A stretch of 64,000 nucleotides of DNA from Paraspadella gotoi (Eukaryota; Animalia; Chaetognatha): contig CM119267.1 in the NCBI GenBank assembly GCA_051294375.1, forward strand, positions 3,270,593-3,334,592, read 5' to 3'. A program made the position numbers and the translations under genes. Numbering within the stretch: position 1 is the stretch's first letter; every line of letters starts with the position of its first letter. Positions 1 through 14,500 of the stretch are shown here, in pieces. The notes below the pieces were generated by a model that worked only from the letters and a program-made list of their open reading frames with translations, did not search any database and was not told the DNA's origin.

Positions 1-339
1 CTCTCTTTATTTTCTCTTCACTTTGTTTCTAAGTCTCTTCCCAAGAATTAATTTGTTGACTTCAATTTTATTTACATTTCGTTTTGTTTACATTTCACTC
101 CCTCGTGCGTCCAACGTCAACTCGAGAAAGAAAACTTGAAATGCGACTCGAATCAAATTTCTCACGTTTCTTAACGAATCTCGTTTATATTATTATTATT
201 ATAAATTCTTTCTTTTTTTTTTCTGTTTACTTTCAATTTATAAATAAACCTGTCTATTCGTTCGTCTGTTTTGTTTAATTCATTTATCTTTTCTTTTCTC
301 CCATTTCTTTTCAGTTTTTCGCAAAATTCAGCGGCGGCC

Positions 340-3300
340 ATGACCACAAAAGCAGCAGCCGCCGCAGCACCGCCGAACGCCGCCGCTCCGAATCACTCCG
401 CCGCGCCTTATCACTCCGCTGAGCAATATCACTCCGCCACGCCGAATCACTCCGCCATATCATCTTCCAAACCTCGCCCTATTTCTTTTTCCCCGTCATC
501 GTCTTTCCAGGCGTCGCTTTCCAGGAGTTCTAATCTGACGCCGCCTCTACTCGCAACGCCATCTGCGCCAAGGATGACGACGCCGCACTCTGTGTCACCG
601 CGCCATGCGGGCGTGGCACCAGACCGTCCCGAAGAGCACCGCTCCTTCCGCTTCTCAACATCCCGTCGTCCGCTTCTCGGAATTTCTTCGCTTCTCGATT
701 CACATCCGGCGGATTCGAACTCGTGGCCTCTGATCGGCAGATTGCCGGAAACGTCGAGGAATTCAACAGCGACCCAGAGGGCGACGCCGGACGACGCCGA
801 CGCGACGGAGCCGATAATTCCGACGTCTAAAGCGCCGATGCAAAAACCGGCGCGCTTTAGGAAAAAATTTCGAGGAAAGAAAGAAGGAAAAAGACGATCG
901 AACGACGACGACGAAAGAGATTATTTTCGTCGTCGTCGTCGTCGTCGTCGTCTCACTCATTGTCTTCCTAATCACTTCCGGCCACGCCCTCTCACGTTCT
1001 CTTCGGTCCAGAGATTCTCGCCTCAATTTGTCTTTCGCGTTGGCGCTAATCACCGACGCCTTCTTAGATCCGTGAGACTCAATCCTCGATTCTACCACAA
1101 GCCCAATTTCTATCCCATTCCCCAGCCCAAATTCCACCCAAGGCCCAAATCTCACCCCAAGCCCACTCTCCACCGTCGATCCTCTATTCACTGCCCCGGC
1201 CGCTTCTGCTGCCGCCGCCGCCGCCGCAGCCGCCGCCTTCTCAATCCGCGCCCAGACTTTCCTCACCTTTATCCGAGCGACCTTTCCTTCCGCCTCGCCA
1301 GGATGAGCGGCCGCCGGCGTCTGCCCGCTCCTCGGCCCGCCGCTCCGCCCGCCAGCCTATCTCACTGCACACCGCGCTTCAGCCTCGATCGACTCCGCAC
1401 CCCGCGCTTTGACGAATTTCTCCTTTTATTTCGCGAAGAAAAAAGCTTTTTCGTTATCGTCGCCGATGACGTCATTGACTTGACTCTCAACCACGATCGT
1501 GACGTCATTGTTAACGACGTCGAGAAATTCGTCGTCGGATTCAACGACAGTCATCGACTTCGGCCACTGAATAGAGACGGAGACACAGACAGAGAGAGAG
1601 ACGCCGTATCCCTAGACTTTCATTCTTCCTCCGATTTCCCTTCTTCTGTCTCCTCCTTTCCCTTTGCTCTTTCCTCTCTCTCCTCCTCCCTCTCTCTCTC
1701 CCCTCCTACCTCTCCCTCTCCCTCTCCCTCTCTTCCCGCCCCGATATCTCTCCGTCTTTCTCACCCGTTAATGTCGTCGTCGCCGGGAATTTCCTCTTTA
1801 ACCATTCAGCATTTGTTTTATGGATTTTCCCTCGAAAATTCGTCGTTGTCGTCGTCGTCGTCGTCATCATCGTCGTCGTCACAAAACCTGGATGAATTTC
1901 GACCAGATTCGATTTATCGAAACTCGGAATTACGAATCTCGGATTTCCGAATTCCCCGCGAATCTTATTCGAAAAAATCCGCCGCCGCCGCCGCTGCTGC
2001 CGCCGCCCCTGCCATCGCCTCCGCAGCCGCAGCAACGGCAGGGAGCGCCGAAATCGGTTTCAAGACGTCGTCGTTATCATCGTCGTCGTCGTCGTCATCG
2101 TCGTCGTGGATTTCTCGCCTTCTCTTAGCGTGGATGACGGTCCTTCAATTTGCGCCTAATGGTAATTCGAGATTATTACAAGTTTATTCTTTATTCTTTA
2201 TTCTTGTCCCTAGACTATGCGAGATTCGGTTGAAATAGTAGGAATTTGTAATTTAAATGTAAAGAGCTGTGTAATAAATAGAACATAACTAAATAAATAT
2301 AAATATATATATATATTTATATATATAAATAAATAATGAATAAATATACTATTGATTGATTTTTTTCAATTCAATTTTACGTAAATGACTACATGGTTTC
2401 AGTTCGTTTTGTCTAACTGACTAACAAAACACAAATGATTATTGATTATTGATTATTTATTTTTGATTAACCTAAAATAACAAAATTGTCTTCTCAGAGA
2501 CGAAAAGGATTCCATCCACGAATGAAATCCTAATTCTTCTCCCTTTAATATCGAAAAAAGCAAAAAAAAAAGCATATTCCTTCTCGTAATTAGACTCAAA
2601 AGCAAAAAAAAGCTTCTCCCATCCCAAAAGCGCAACAGAATCGTTTAGTCTTAAGGGTTTGAGGTTTCAGCTGCGGGATCGTCGCATCGATAACGCATTT
2701 TTGGCCAATGTGTCATTTAAGTGCTGCAGCGTTTAAGGTGCTTCAGCAATGTGGCTGATGCAGCGCCTTTGGTGCTACAGTATTTTAGTGACTGCAACAT
2801 TATGGCTGCTACAGCATTTTAGTTACAACAACATCATTGCTGCCGCAGTGTTTTGGGTTCTGCAGTATATCAAGTGCTGCAGTATGAGCGCTGCAGCATG
2901 GGAATTTATTTTTTCTGATCGATTATCTCTTCTTTAATGAAGTCGAAACGAGATTCTTACTTTCCCCGTTTTTTTTTCCTTCGCCGTCCTTGTCCGTTCG
3001 ATTTAATCACGTCGTTGTCGTCGTCGTCGTCGTCGTCGTCGTCCTCTTGTTTGAATTGCCTTTTGTAATGAGTTCCTCCAATAATTGTTGCTGATAATCA
3101 ATCATTAGTCATTTAAAGTTGAAAGCCAATCAATGAGAAATTGATGTTATACTTTTTGTCTTTCTTGGTTTTTAAGAAGAACAATTTAAAAATACAAACC
3201 AGATAGTTATTTGTAAATCCTGCAAATGAAACGACCATTGATATTTAAAAAGAAAAAAAATAATATTTATTTTAAAACCCTGAAATAAAGCCTCTGAAGA

Positions 3301-3476
3301 TTTTCTCTACCGGTATTTTAACTTATATTCAAAAGACAATTTCGCAGTTTTTCTTGTTTTTGTTTTTTCTGTTTTTCTTTGCGTCAACTTCATCGTTTTA
3401 TCCACGGAATTTTTGTCGTCGTTGTTGTTGTTGTTTTCGTTGTCGGATTTTTGTTTTCGGTGACGAAAACAAGCGA

Positions 3477-3509
<33 letters not shown>

Positions 3510-6500
3510 TATCATCGTCTTCGTTATTGTCATTGTCACGTGTTTTCATTCTTGTCTTTGTTTTATGTCCCTCGTTGATATGGTTATGTTTTAGTTATTG
3601 TTATTGTTTTTGTTATTGTTATTGTTATTGTTTTAGTTATTGTTTTTGTTATTATTTTAGTTATTTTTATTGTTATTGTTATTGTTTTAGTTATTGTTGT
3701 TGTTTTAGTTATTGTTTTTGTTATTATTTTAGTTATTGTTATTGTTTTTGTTATTGTTTTAGTTATTGTTATTGTTTTAGTTATTGTTTTTGTTATTGTT
3801 TCAGTTATTGTTATTGTTTTTGTTATTGTTTTAGTTATTTTTTTTGTTATTGTTTTAGTTATTGTTATTGTTTTTGTTATTGTTTTGTTATTGTTTTAGT
3901 TATTGTTTCAGTTATTGTTTTAGTTATTGTTTTAGTTATTGTTATTGTTATTATTTTTGTTATTGTTTTAGTAATCTTCTTATCTTTACATACTTAACCA
4001 TCATTATTTATTTTGACGCAAAGAGGCTCAACAATCTGGTCTTCTTCTCTTCCGCCTCAACTTCCTCTTCTTCCGCCAAAATGGTTTCCGATTAAGTCGC
4101 TAGAGGGCGAAAGGTGAAACCGGAAAAATCCTTCCGGAAGTCATTCGCCCGAGAGGAGAAAAAATAGGCGACGACGATGATGACGACGACGAAGAAGACG
4201 TGAGGACGAACGAAGAAAAGTACGACGATGACCGTAACAAAGGAAGAGAATGATGACGGCGACAATGAAGACGATAACGCGACGAACGAAGGAAGACGCG
4301 ACCGACGACAGAAGGATGACAACGATTGATACGAATGGGAGCGACGATGATGACAGACGACGAAGAAGCGAAGAAGACGACGAGCGACGAGAAGGAGACG
4401 ACGAAGGAGGACGATGACTGATTGACGACGACAAAGAAGCCGATGACGACGACGACGACGACGATGACGACGACGACGATGATGACGACGAAAAGGACGA
4501 AGAAGACTATGTGATGACGACGACGATGACAACGACGTAAAATCTCTGACGACAAAAAAAAACAAAAAGTTGAAACATTTTGATTCCATTAAGTCTTAAC
4601 AGATGTCAGTAGTAGTGATTGCTTTTTTAAGTCATCAGGTAAGTTTAGTACTTACCTTCCCTGAACAAGCGGTCGACTCTGTCAAAAATCGCTGCTTAAA
4701 ACCGCAAGGGCAACAACAACGACAACCAGTTAAGAACAGTCGGTAAAAAGTAAAAAGTCAAGAACTGGCAATTGTTTTCTCCATTTGATGTCGGGAGGGA
4801 AGAGAAGCGAGAGGGTGAAATTTCGTCAAAAGTGAGTCTATTGTGATTTAAAATAATAGTGGTTCAAAAATGTTATCCGATTCACCAATTCGATCGACGA
4901 ACGGAGAAAGAATCGATTTTATAAATTGTGAACTTTTAAATCATTTTGCTCCCATTTGTTCTTTCTTCCTAAATGTCAAGAGACTGTCGGCACGCTTTAA
5001 GAGTCAAAGGAAAAATTCTTTCATTATCCATATTTGGTAGTAAACAACAGAAAGGAAAAGACGACGACGACAGGAGAGACGATGATGTCAACGACGACGA
5101 CGACGACGATTACGACGACGACGACGATGACAATACCAATGAAGTCCGTAATAAACACGGGAATAAAAGAAAAACCAAGAAAATAACTGAGGCCCATGAG
5201 TCAATTGGGTCATTGTTCAATAAAAACTGACCAGTCTTAATTGATCACATGGTCATTGAGCCTGTATTACCATTCATTACCATTGGCCGATGGCTCTGAC
5301 TTATAGCCACCACTAGTGTCCAATGGCCCTGGTCATTGACTAGTTTCCCCCTGGCTTTTCGCGGCCCCGGTTGCGAATCCATTCATTTCCTTCTCGATTT
5401 GGCTGCGCGGACTGAAACCACCTTTCATATTTTGCTGGGAAGAACAAAGGAGAAAGTAAAGGAAAAGAAAGAGAAAAGGAAAAAAGAGAAAAAGAAAAAA
5501 AAAGAGAAAAAAAAAAGGGAAAAAAAAGGAAAGGAAAGCAAGAGGCTGCTCGTGTTCGGCTTCCACTGCGGAAATTAATGGGACGATCCCCGGAGTTTGT
5601 TACATAAACTCCGTGCGCGGCCATAGCAACAAGCAATTGATTGCAAAAGGAAGAGAGAGATTAAATATTCAGAGGTAATCAGATCCAACGTCTGCGGAAA
5701 ACGTATGGAGATAAGATAAGAAATTGAGCGAAGACGACGACGACGACGACGACGACGATTATGATCCGCACCAGTTGATGACGATGGCTAATGACAAACC
5801 GACAGTAACGATGACGTGATGATGATGACGGACCTTGGACGATGATGATCCTGGCGACATACTTATCTCCTGATACATTAGTTTTTGTTTTTTTTTCAAC
5901 CTGCGAGCCCTCGCTTTTTCCCCTTTTTCTCTTATGCTTTTTGAATTCACATTAGCGACCGTCTTTAATGACCACAAAGTCCTTGTTCACCAACCCTTCC
6001 TCACTCTCACTCACCTCCATCTGTTTTTGTTTTTGCCTTCGACTTCCCTCGAGATATTTTTGCTCAAGTTTGCTCGGCGAAGCGGCCGTCTGCCCACGCG
6101 CGGCTGGGCTCTATTTCACCGCCGGTGATTTGCTTGTCAGAGAGATTGATTAATCTGCTTGGGCTTTACTGAGATACCGCGATGACGATGCGTCGCAAAG
6201 TATCAAACGGTTTCTGTCGTATTCATTTATTTCATCAAAAGTCGTTCTATGTTCCTTCTCTATATAAAAACCAATATAAAATTATCTATCCATTTAATAA
6301 ATAAGCTATCTCGCCCCTGACTTTGAACATTTGGGTTTTAAGACGTCTTACAAGATAATGACATAGCAGGTCCCTTCAAGCTTTCAATCAAGCTTCCCTA
6401 TCAATGAAGTGGTATACTATTTTAAAGAATGTTTTATTTGTATAACCACTCCTTGAATAATTAATAGGCTCATTGCTATTTGTCTTTCATCGAATCAAAG

Positions 6501-9500
6501 GATCCAGCCCAGCTCCAGACCCATCTCCAGCACAGCTAAGCGTTGTTCCAACACAGCGCGTCGTCGAATTAATTTCGTCTGAAATGAAATCGAGCGCAAA
6601 ATTAAATTTTTTAAAGCCCAAAAATGGGAAAAAAAATTTTGATTAACTTTTGAATTTACATTTAAAAAGCGAATGAAGAGACTCATCGTGAAATAAGAAC
6701 GGTAATTCCAATGTGTAGCGCCGCAGTAACTTTATTTNNNNNNNNNNNNNNNNNNNNNNNNNNNNNNNNNNNNNNNNNNNNNNNNNNNNNNNNNNNNNNN
6801 NNNNNNNNNNNNNNNNNNNNNNNNNNNNNNNNNNNNNNNNNNNNNNNNNNNNNNNNNNNNNNNNNNNNNNNNNNNNNNNNNNNNNNNNNNNNNNNNNNNN
6901 NNNNNNNNNNNNNNNNNNNNNNNNNNNNNNNNNNNNNNNNNNNNNNNNNNNNNNNNNNNNNNNNNNNNNNNNNNNNNNNNNNNNNNNNNNNNNNNNNNNN
7001 NNNNNNNNNNNNNNNNNNNNNNNNNNNNNNNNNNNNNNNNNNNNNNNNNNNNNNNNNNNNNNNNNNNNNNNNNNNNNNNNNNNNNNNNNNNNNNNNNNNN
7101 NNNNNNNNNNNNNNNNNNNNNNNNNNNNNNNNNNNNNNNNNNNNNNNNNNNNNNNNNNNNNNNNNNNNNNNNNNNNNNNNNNNNNNNNNNNNNNNNNNNN
7201 NNNNNNNNNNNNNNNNNNNNNNNNNNNNNNNNNNNNNNNNNNNNNNNNNNNNNNNNNNNNNNNNNNNNNNNNNNNNNNNNNNNNNNNNNNNNNNNNNNNN
7301 NNNNNNNNNNNNNNNNNNNNNNNNNNNNNNNNNNNNNNNNNNNNNNNNNNNNNNNNNNNNNNNNNNNNNNNNNNNNNNNNNNNNNNNNNNNNNNNNNNNN
7401 NNNNNNNNNNNNNNNNNNNNNNNNNNNNNNNNNNNNNNNNNNNNNNNNNNNNNNNNNNNNNNNNNNNNNNNNNNNNNNNNNNNNNNNNNNNNNNNNNNNN
7501 NNNNNNNNNNNNNNNNNNNNNNNNNNNNNNNNNNNNNNNNNNNNNNNNNNNNNNNNNNNNNNNNNNACGTTAGTAGCTTTAATTCTCAATCTCCCGCAAA
7601 CATACTTCAATAAAATGAATAACTGGGCCGAAACTATGAGCCGAGATGAGTTTGAGCAGGGAGGGCAGGGAAAACATGGAAGCATTAAGGCCGAGGGGGC
7701 CTTTTAAGAATCTTGGCATTATAGGCGGTTTACTAGAACCGACCCGTCACACTTACCGAAAACTTTTCCTCAGCGTTTATATAGGTCTAAATCTGTTCTC
7801 TCAAAATGTCTTCGATTGAAACTTTCGCCTTTCTCGATGCAACAACGTCAATTTTGATTTTTGAGAAAGAATTACATTGTTTTTAAAATTGTATTAATTG
7901 ATTGGTGCCGTTTTAGTCACTTTAAAGTAAAAAAAAAAAGAGGAAACGCGAAAATAATCTTCGAAATTAATTACTGCAATATGCAAATGAGATTAAGTGA
8001 TCGATCGGTTTCCTCGTTTTCGTTGATCGTTCGAATTTCTTTTTTTTAAATATATTTTAAACTTTATTAACATTAACCTCCTTTTTGTTCCTTTCATTTC
8101 CTCTCATTACCTTTGGTTACCTATTTTTTATTTTTAAACATTTTTCCCCACAATTTTCGATAGTATTTTGCAAAGTTGTTACGTCAACGGTCTCGACTTA
8201 CGGAATACTTCTTTTGACTTGGTTCTGTCTGAAATATCTTTTAGGGTATTAACTTCATTTAAGTGTTTTCTTCTTAGTATTATTATTCTCCTCTTTCCAA
8301 TTCGGTTTAATAAATGTTGTTAGAAGAAAAAAAAGCCAAATCTTTCTATCGTTCGATATTTTTTTTTTCCGTGTTTTTCTTTTCTATTATGACTGAGATT
8401 CTTTTTTTCATTTTCTTTTCTCCTCATTTCTTCTAATACCCAGTCTCTCTTTTCCTTTCCTTTCCTCTCTCTCTCCATTCATCTCTACCTCCTCCTNNNN
8501 NNNNNNNNNNNNNNNNNNNNNNNNNNNNNNNNNNNNNNNNNNNNNNNNNNNNNNNNNNNNNNNNNNNNNNNNNNNNNNNNNNNNNNNNNNNNNNNNNNNN
8601 NNNNNNNNNNNNNNNNNNNNNNNNNNNNNNNNNNNNNNNNNNNNNNNNNNNNNNNNNNNNNNNNNNNNNNNNNNNNNNNNNNNNNNNNNNNNNNNNNNNN
8701 NNNNNNNNNNNNNNNNNNNNNNNNNNNNNNNNTCGATGTCTCGCTTTTTTTTTGTTTTTGTGTCAACATCATTCGTTTGTTGATGTTTTCGTCGTCGTTG
8801 TTGTTGTTGTTGTCGTGGTTGTTGTGGTCATCTCAACAAAAACAAAAACAAAAAAAGAAGCATAAGGAAAGACAACTCGTTTATGTAACCACGAAATTTG
8901 GAGCATATGTTCTCTCTCTCTCTCTCTNNNNNNNNNNNNNNNNNNNNNNNNNNNNNNNNNNNNNNNNNNNNNNNNNNNNNNNNNNNNNNNNNNNNNNNNN
9001 NNNNNNNNNNNNNNNNNNNNNNNNNNNNNNNNNNNNNNNNNNNNNNNNNNNNNNNNNNNNNNNNNNNNNNNNNNNNNNNNNNNNNNNNNNNNNNNNNNNN
9101 NNNNNNNNNNNNNNNNNNNNNCTCTCTCTCTCTTTAAATCCAATAAACAAATGTTTTTTCAGTTATTTGTAATATCAAAATGATAATAACATTTACAAAA
9201 AATTTACGAATTTAAAGTGTCTTCAATAAATGATTATTGTTTTGTTTGTTTACAACTCGTCCCCATGGCGACAACGACGCTGCAACGAGAGGGGACGAGA
9301 TTGCGCAAGAAGCTTTTAGATTTTATCTGGAAAAAAAAGGAGAACCTTTAGCAGACAAACCAATCTTTCAGAGAGTGGTAACGGATGCTTGGTGCTTGGT
9401 CTCTCTCTTTCTTTCTCTCTCTCTCTTTTTTTTTTTTTTTNNNNNNNNNNNNNNNNNNNNNNNNNNNNNNNNNNNNNNNNNNNNNNNNNNNNNNNNNNNN

Positions 9501-11512
9501 NNNNNNNNNNNNNNNNNNNNNNNNNNNNNNNNNNNNNNNNNNNNNNNNNNNNNNNNNNNNNNNNNNNNNNNNNNNNNNNNNNNNNNNNNNNNNNNNNNNN
9601 NNNNNNNNNNNNNNNNNNNNNNNNNNNNNNNNNNNNNNNNNNNNNNNNNNNNNNNNNNNNNNNNNNNNNNNNNNNNNNNNNNNNNNNNNNNNNNNNNNNN
9701 NNNNNNNNNNNNNNNNNNNNNNNNNNNNNNNNNNNNNNNNNNNNNNNNNNNNNNNNNNNNNNNNNNNNNNNNNNNNNNNNNNNNNNNNNNNNNNNNNNNN
9801 NNNNNNNNNNNNNNNNNNNNNNNNNNNNNNNNNNNNNNNNNNNNNNNNNNNNNNNNNNNNNNNNNNNNNNNNNNNNNNNNNNNNNNNNNNNNNNNNNNNN
9901 NNNNNNNNNNNNNNNNNNNNNNNNNNNNNNNNNNNNNNNNNNNNNNNNNNNNNNNNNNNNNNNNNNNNNNNNNNNNNNNNNNNNNNNNNNNNNNNNNNNN
10001 NNNNNNNNNNNNNNNNNNNNNNNNNNNNNNNNNNNNNNNNNNNNNNNNNNNNNNNNNNNNCAAAAAGCCAGTTTTCCCGAAGCGACGCAACTGAGAGCTT
10101 TTTGTTTGTTCTTTTTTTTTTTGCTAATTTTTTCAGCTCCTTTTTTTTTATTATTCATAGACATCTACTTTTTAGTTACGCCGCGAGTCACTTTTCGGTC
10201 GGTCTGTCGGTCGGTGTGTGTGTCTGACTGTCTGTCTGTCGGTCTGTATGTTTGTCCGTCGGTCTATCCCACTTATATTAAAAAAGCATATAATTTGCCT
10301 ATAGTTGGTTGCTCATTTGTTAAGACAGGAAAAAACCTAAAATCTAAGGGACTGCTAGCGCCGCCTTCAGGAAATCCTAAAACTAAAAGGAATAAAACTA
10401 AAAGACTGTATTTCGATACAGTGCACGTCATAAATACAAGGGCGAAGAAAGTCATGTCATGTCATGTTATACACATGAAAATAAAGTCACTGCGTTCTTG
10501 TTTTAATATCAAAATAGCAAATATTTTTTTTAATAGCAAATATTTGTAGTTTTAATTTTATAATGAAATAATTTATAAATATACAAAGCTTTTTACTCGC
10601 AAAGGAAAGAGCCTTTTAAAAGTCATTTTTCTTTTCTTAAAAAAAGTCAGTTTTACTTTTGAATTTCCTTCCACGAATCATTTTAAAAGAAATAAAAAGA
10701 AACTCTGGAGTCGCAGCTTGCGCGAGAGAGCTTTTCAAGTCGCAGAGGAAAGAGGAAAAAAGATTCTCCTTAATAAAAAAAAAATAATAAAAATAAGAAA
10801 ACAAAAGACGAGGAAACAGAATGACATCTATGGTGACGAGCGCAGATTAATGCTGAAACAGAAGAGCATCTCTGTTTGACAATGAGGATAGAAAGTGATG
10901 AATGAATATCATGCCATTGGCCTTTACATTGATGGTAACATTTAGAGGGCATGGTGACAAGGATTTAGAGGGCATGGTGACAAGGATTTAGAGGGCATGG
11001 TGACAAGGATTTAGAGGGCATGGTGACAAGGATTTTGAGGGCATGGTGACAAGGATTTAAAAATCACAAAGGGAGATTTATCCTTTCATTCAGAGCTGAC
11101 TTTGGACAAGTGAGTTAAGGCTTTCATTCCGATGACAAGATAATAACAGAAATAATTGAGAATAATGAGAACGAGAATTAGGAGTGATATAGAGTGATGA
11201 ACAACAACAACAACAACAACAACAACAAAAAAGGTGACGTCGAAAACGAATTTGGGAGAAAACTCAAAATGGGTTGTTGAAGTCGTAACCATGACAACTC
11301 GTCAAACGCGGAGACAAATTAAAACCGAGAAAACTCGAAGATTACAAAGTCTGAGAAAGAAGAGCGACCGACAGGATTAAGGTTTGCTCCTAACTCCTCA
11401 CTCCCCTGGGAGACTGGAGCGATGGTCGCAAAAAACGTTTTTTTTTTCTAAAAGATTTTCTGCTTCATTTTTCCTCGACTTTTTGCAGCTGATCAATAGG
11501 ATTTTAAAACTG

Positions 11513-11549
<37 letters not shown>

Positions 11550-14500
11550 NNNNNNNNNNNNNNNNNNNNNNNNNGCTGCGGACTTGGCAAATTAAGTATT
11601 GTTTTACTAATATCCCCCCAGTGAACTGGCCCTAATGTCAGCAGAACGCGCCTGAGGTGCGAGGAGCCAGTTGTTGCCACGAGCGTACGGCATCCTTTAT
11701 GCTTGATGATATCATGGCCACTGCTCTGCGGTGGACTGGAACTGGCGTACTCTCAGGTTCTTGAGGACAATACTCATCTCCCAGCCTGGGTGGCTATACG
11801 GGAGGCAGTCGACATTTCAAGTCCTCTGGCAGATTTTTATATGGAGGACTATGAGGTGAAGCTTGGAATCCTTTCCGATTCTGCATGGGGCAGAGTTTCG
11901 TCCTCTTCTGGTATCGGACAAGCAGACGTACAAACTGGCCGCTTGAAAAGGATTGGTCGATACCTTCTAACCACCTGAACGCATTGAAGAAGTATCAGTG
12001 GACATGTGAAAAAGGAGGTGAATGGGCAATTCCAATGCTCGATGTGCTTTATAAAGCGCAAAGAGGGTGCGGTCATTGGATGTTTTTGTCTATCGCAATA
12101 CCAACCCACATGCAAACCAATACATCCTTTGCATTCACAGCCCCTTTCTCACAAGCTTGCCACGTCAGCGTCCCTTACCAGGAGACCGCTCTGATTCCGT
12201 CGACCCCGAGCTCCAGGGCCGCGAGCTTGAGCATGTTCGAAGGGCCTTGGCGCTCAATGGTTTACCCTCTGTGGGCTGACGAAAAGGCTAGGTTATCGGT
12301 AGAACCCTGCGTCTGAGGCGCCAGTGGCCACCAGGGCTCTGCCCAAGTAGCCGCTGAGCATAGTCCAACCTCGCACCCCAGGAGGAAGGGCGGCCTTTGC
12401 GTCCAACAGGCCTATCCGCGCCCACCACAGGCAACTGGAAACTTAAGCAGAGAGCGTCATAAGAACGTGAGGTTATTGTCCTCCCCTACCACCAGGGATT
12501 CACTGAAGCATTGGTGGCAGGGTGCCTAGGAAAACAGGGGTCTCTCCACTCCAACTTCTTCCGCGACAGATTTATAATTCGCCAAGTCCTTGAATCGACG
12601 GAAAAGCGCCGATAGAGCGCGCTGACGAAATCCGGCGTCAAATGGCGCCGACAAAATCCGGCGTCAAACGACACGCGTCGCGACGCCGTTTCGATCGGAA
12701 ACGAAACGGAAGGAATCCCGAGTCGCGATTTTTCATTTTTTGACGGAGAAAATGGGNNNNNNNNNNNNNNNNNNNNNNNNNNNNNNNNNNNNNNNNNNNN
12801 NNNNNNNNNNNNNNNNNNNNNNNNNNNNNNNNNNNNNNNNNNNNNNNNNNNNNNNNNNNNNNNNNNNNNNNNNNNNNNNNNNNNNNNNNNNNNNNNNNNN
12901 NNNNNNNNNNNNNNNNNNNNNNNNNNNNNNNNNNNNNNNNNNNNNNNNNNNNNNNNNNNNNGAGAGAGAGAGAGAGAGAAAAGAGGGAAAGGGGGAGGCG
13001 AGTTGAAAATATTACTTTATAAAGATTTATAATATTGAAGTAATCCTTTCTTTTTCGTTTATAATAAAAAAATGACCGAAATGAGCGCTCAACAGAAACA
13101 GGAAAATAAAATTAAAATTTTGAAAACTCATTTCCTCATGTTTGTAATTATTAATCTTTTTTGCCTAATTACTTTTTAGGTGCGGTCGCTGCCGACGGAC
13201 TCGCACTAAGAGATGTAAGTTATTTCTCTCGCTATCCTAAATCATCGAAATAATTTATATATTAAATCCTCATAATCAACAATTATAATTTATATGCCAA
13301 CATCACAAATTGATATTTTGTTTTTGAATACAGAAGCGCATCGTTCACCGTCATACGTACGACGTGGAAGAGACGACCGTCGCGCCGCCGAGCGGAGAGT
13401 GTCGAGTCATCCCGAGAGTCGGATTCGAAAAAACTGGAACAAAAGACATCGACGCCGTCAAAGTCACCACCACCTGGTGAGAGAAATTGGAATCACATTA
13501 GCCACTTTTGATCCTCTGCCATCTCATTAGCCCCTTTTGATTCTCTGCCATCTCATTAGCCACTTTTGATCCTNNNNNNNNNNNNNNNNNNNNNNNNNNN
13601 NNNNNNNNNNNNNNNNNNNNNNNNNNNNNNNNNNNNNNNNNNNNNNNNNNNNNNNNNNNNNNNNNNNNNNNNNNNNNNNNNNNNNNNNNNNNNNNNNNNN
13701 NNNNNNNNNNNNNNNNNNNNNNNNNNNNNNNNNNNNNNNNNNNNNNNNNNNNNNNNCTTTTGATCCTCTGCCATCTCATTAGCCACTTTTGATCCTTTGC
13801 CATCTCATTAGCCACTTTTGATTCTCTACCATCTCATAAGCGACTTTTGATCCTCTGCCATCTCATTTGCCATCAATCGCCACCTCCCCACATGATCCAC
13901 TCGTGACAATAATCGTTTTCCTTAAAAACCCTGAATCGCGTTTCCGGTTTCAGTCGTGGCTCCGCTCACCCTCAACCATGCCCTCGTTTTCCCTCGACCA
14001 TGCCCTCGTTCTCCCTCGCCTGTACCATGTCTTTCTACGTAACCTTCCTGATACCAACATGTCGACCATGTCACGCCCGACCATGTCCCGGCCCACACCT
14101 TGCCGAATCCTCCATACCCAACCATGTCAATCGCCATTCCCTGCAACGCCTACACCATGTCCCGCCCCCTCGCCACCGCCACCGCCACGCCTCCACCATG
14201 TCTTGCCCCTCGATACGGCCCACGCCCTGGCCATGCCACGCCCTGCTCCCTCCGCCCCAAGACGAGCAGAGAAATAAAACACCATTTACATCGGAAAAGA
14301 CTTTCTTTTCATTTCATTCTTTGTCTTCTTCTGGANNNNNNNNNNNNNNNNNNNNNNNNNNNNNNNNNNNNNNNNNNNNNNNNNNNNNNNNNNNNNNNNN
14401 NNNNNNNNNNNNNNNNNNNNNNNNNNNNNNNNNNNNNNNNNNNNNNNNNNNNNNNNNNNNNNNNNNNNNNNNNNNNNNNNNNGAGAGAGAGAGAGAGAGA

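Noticed and set aside
3300-4590. Cys/Tyr-rich, poly-Asp, poly-Arg and poly-Ser ORFs
   Set aside because: Translations of TTATTG and (GAC)n simple repeats with no domain signal.
10941-11057. 23-bp (and 29-bp at 13495-13870) repeats as CRISPR arrays
   Set aside because: Head-to-tail with no spacers, eukaryotic context, no cas genes: minisatellites.
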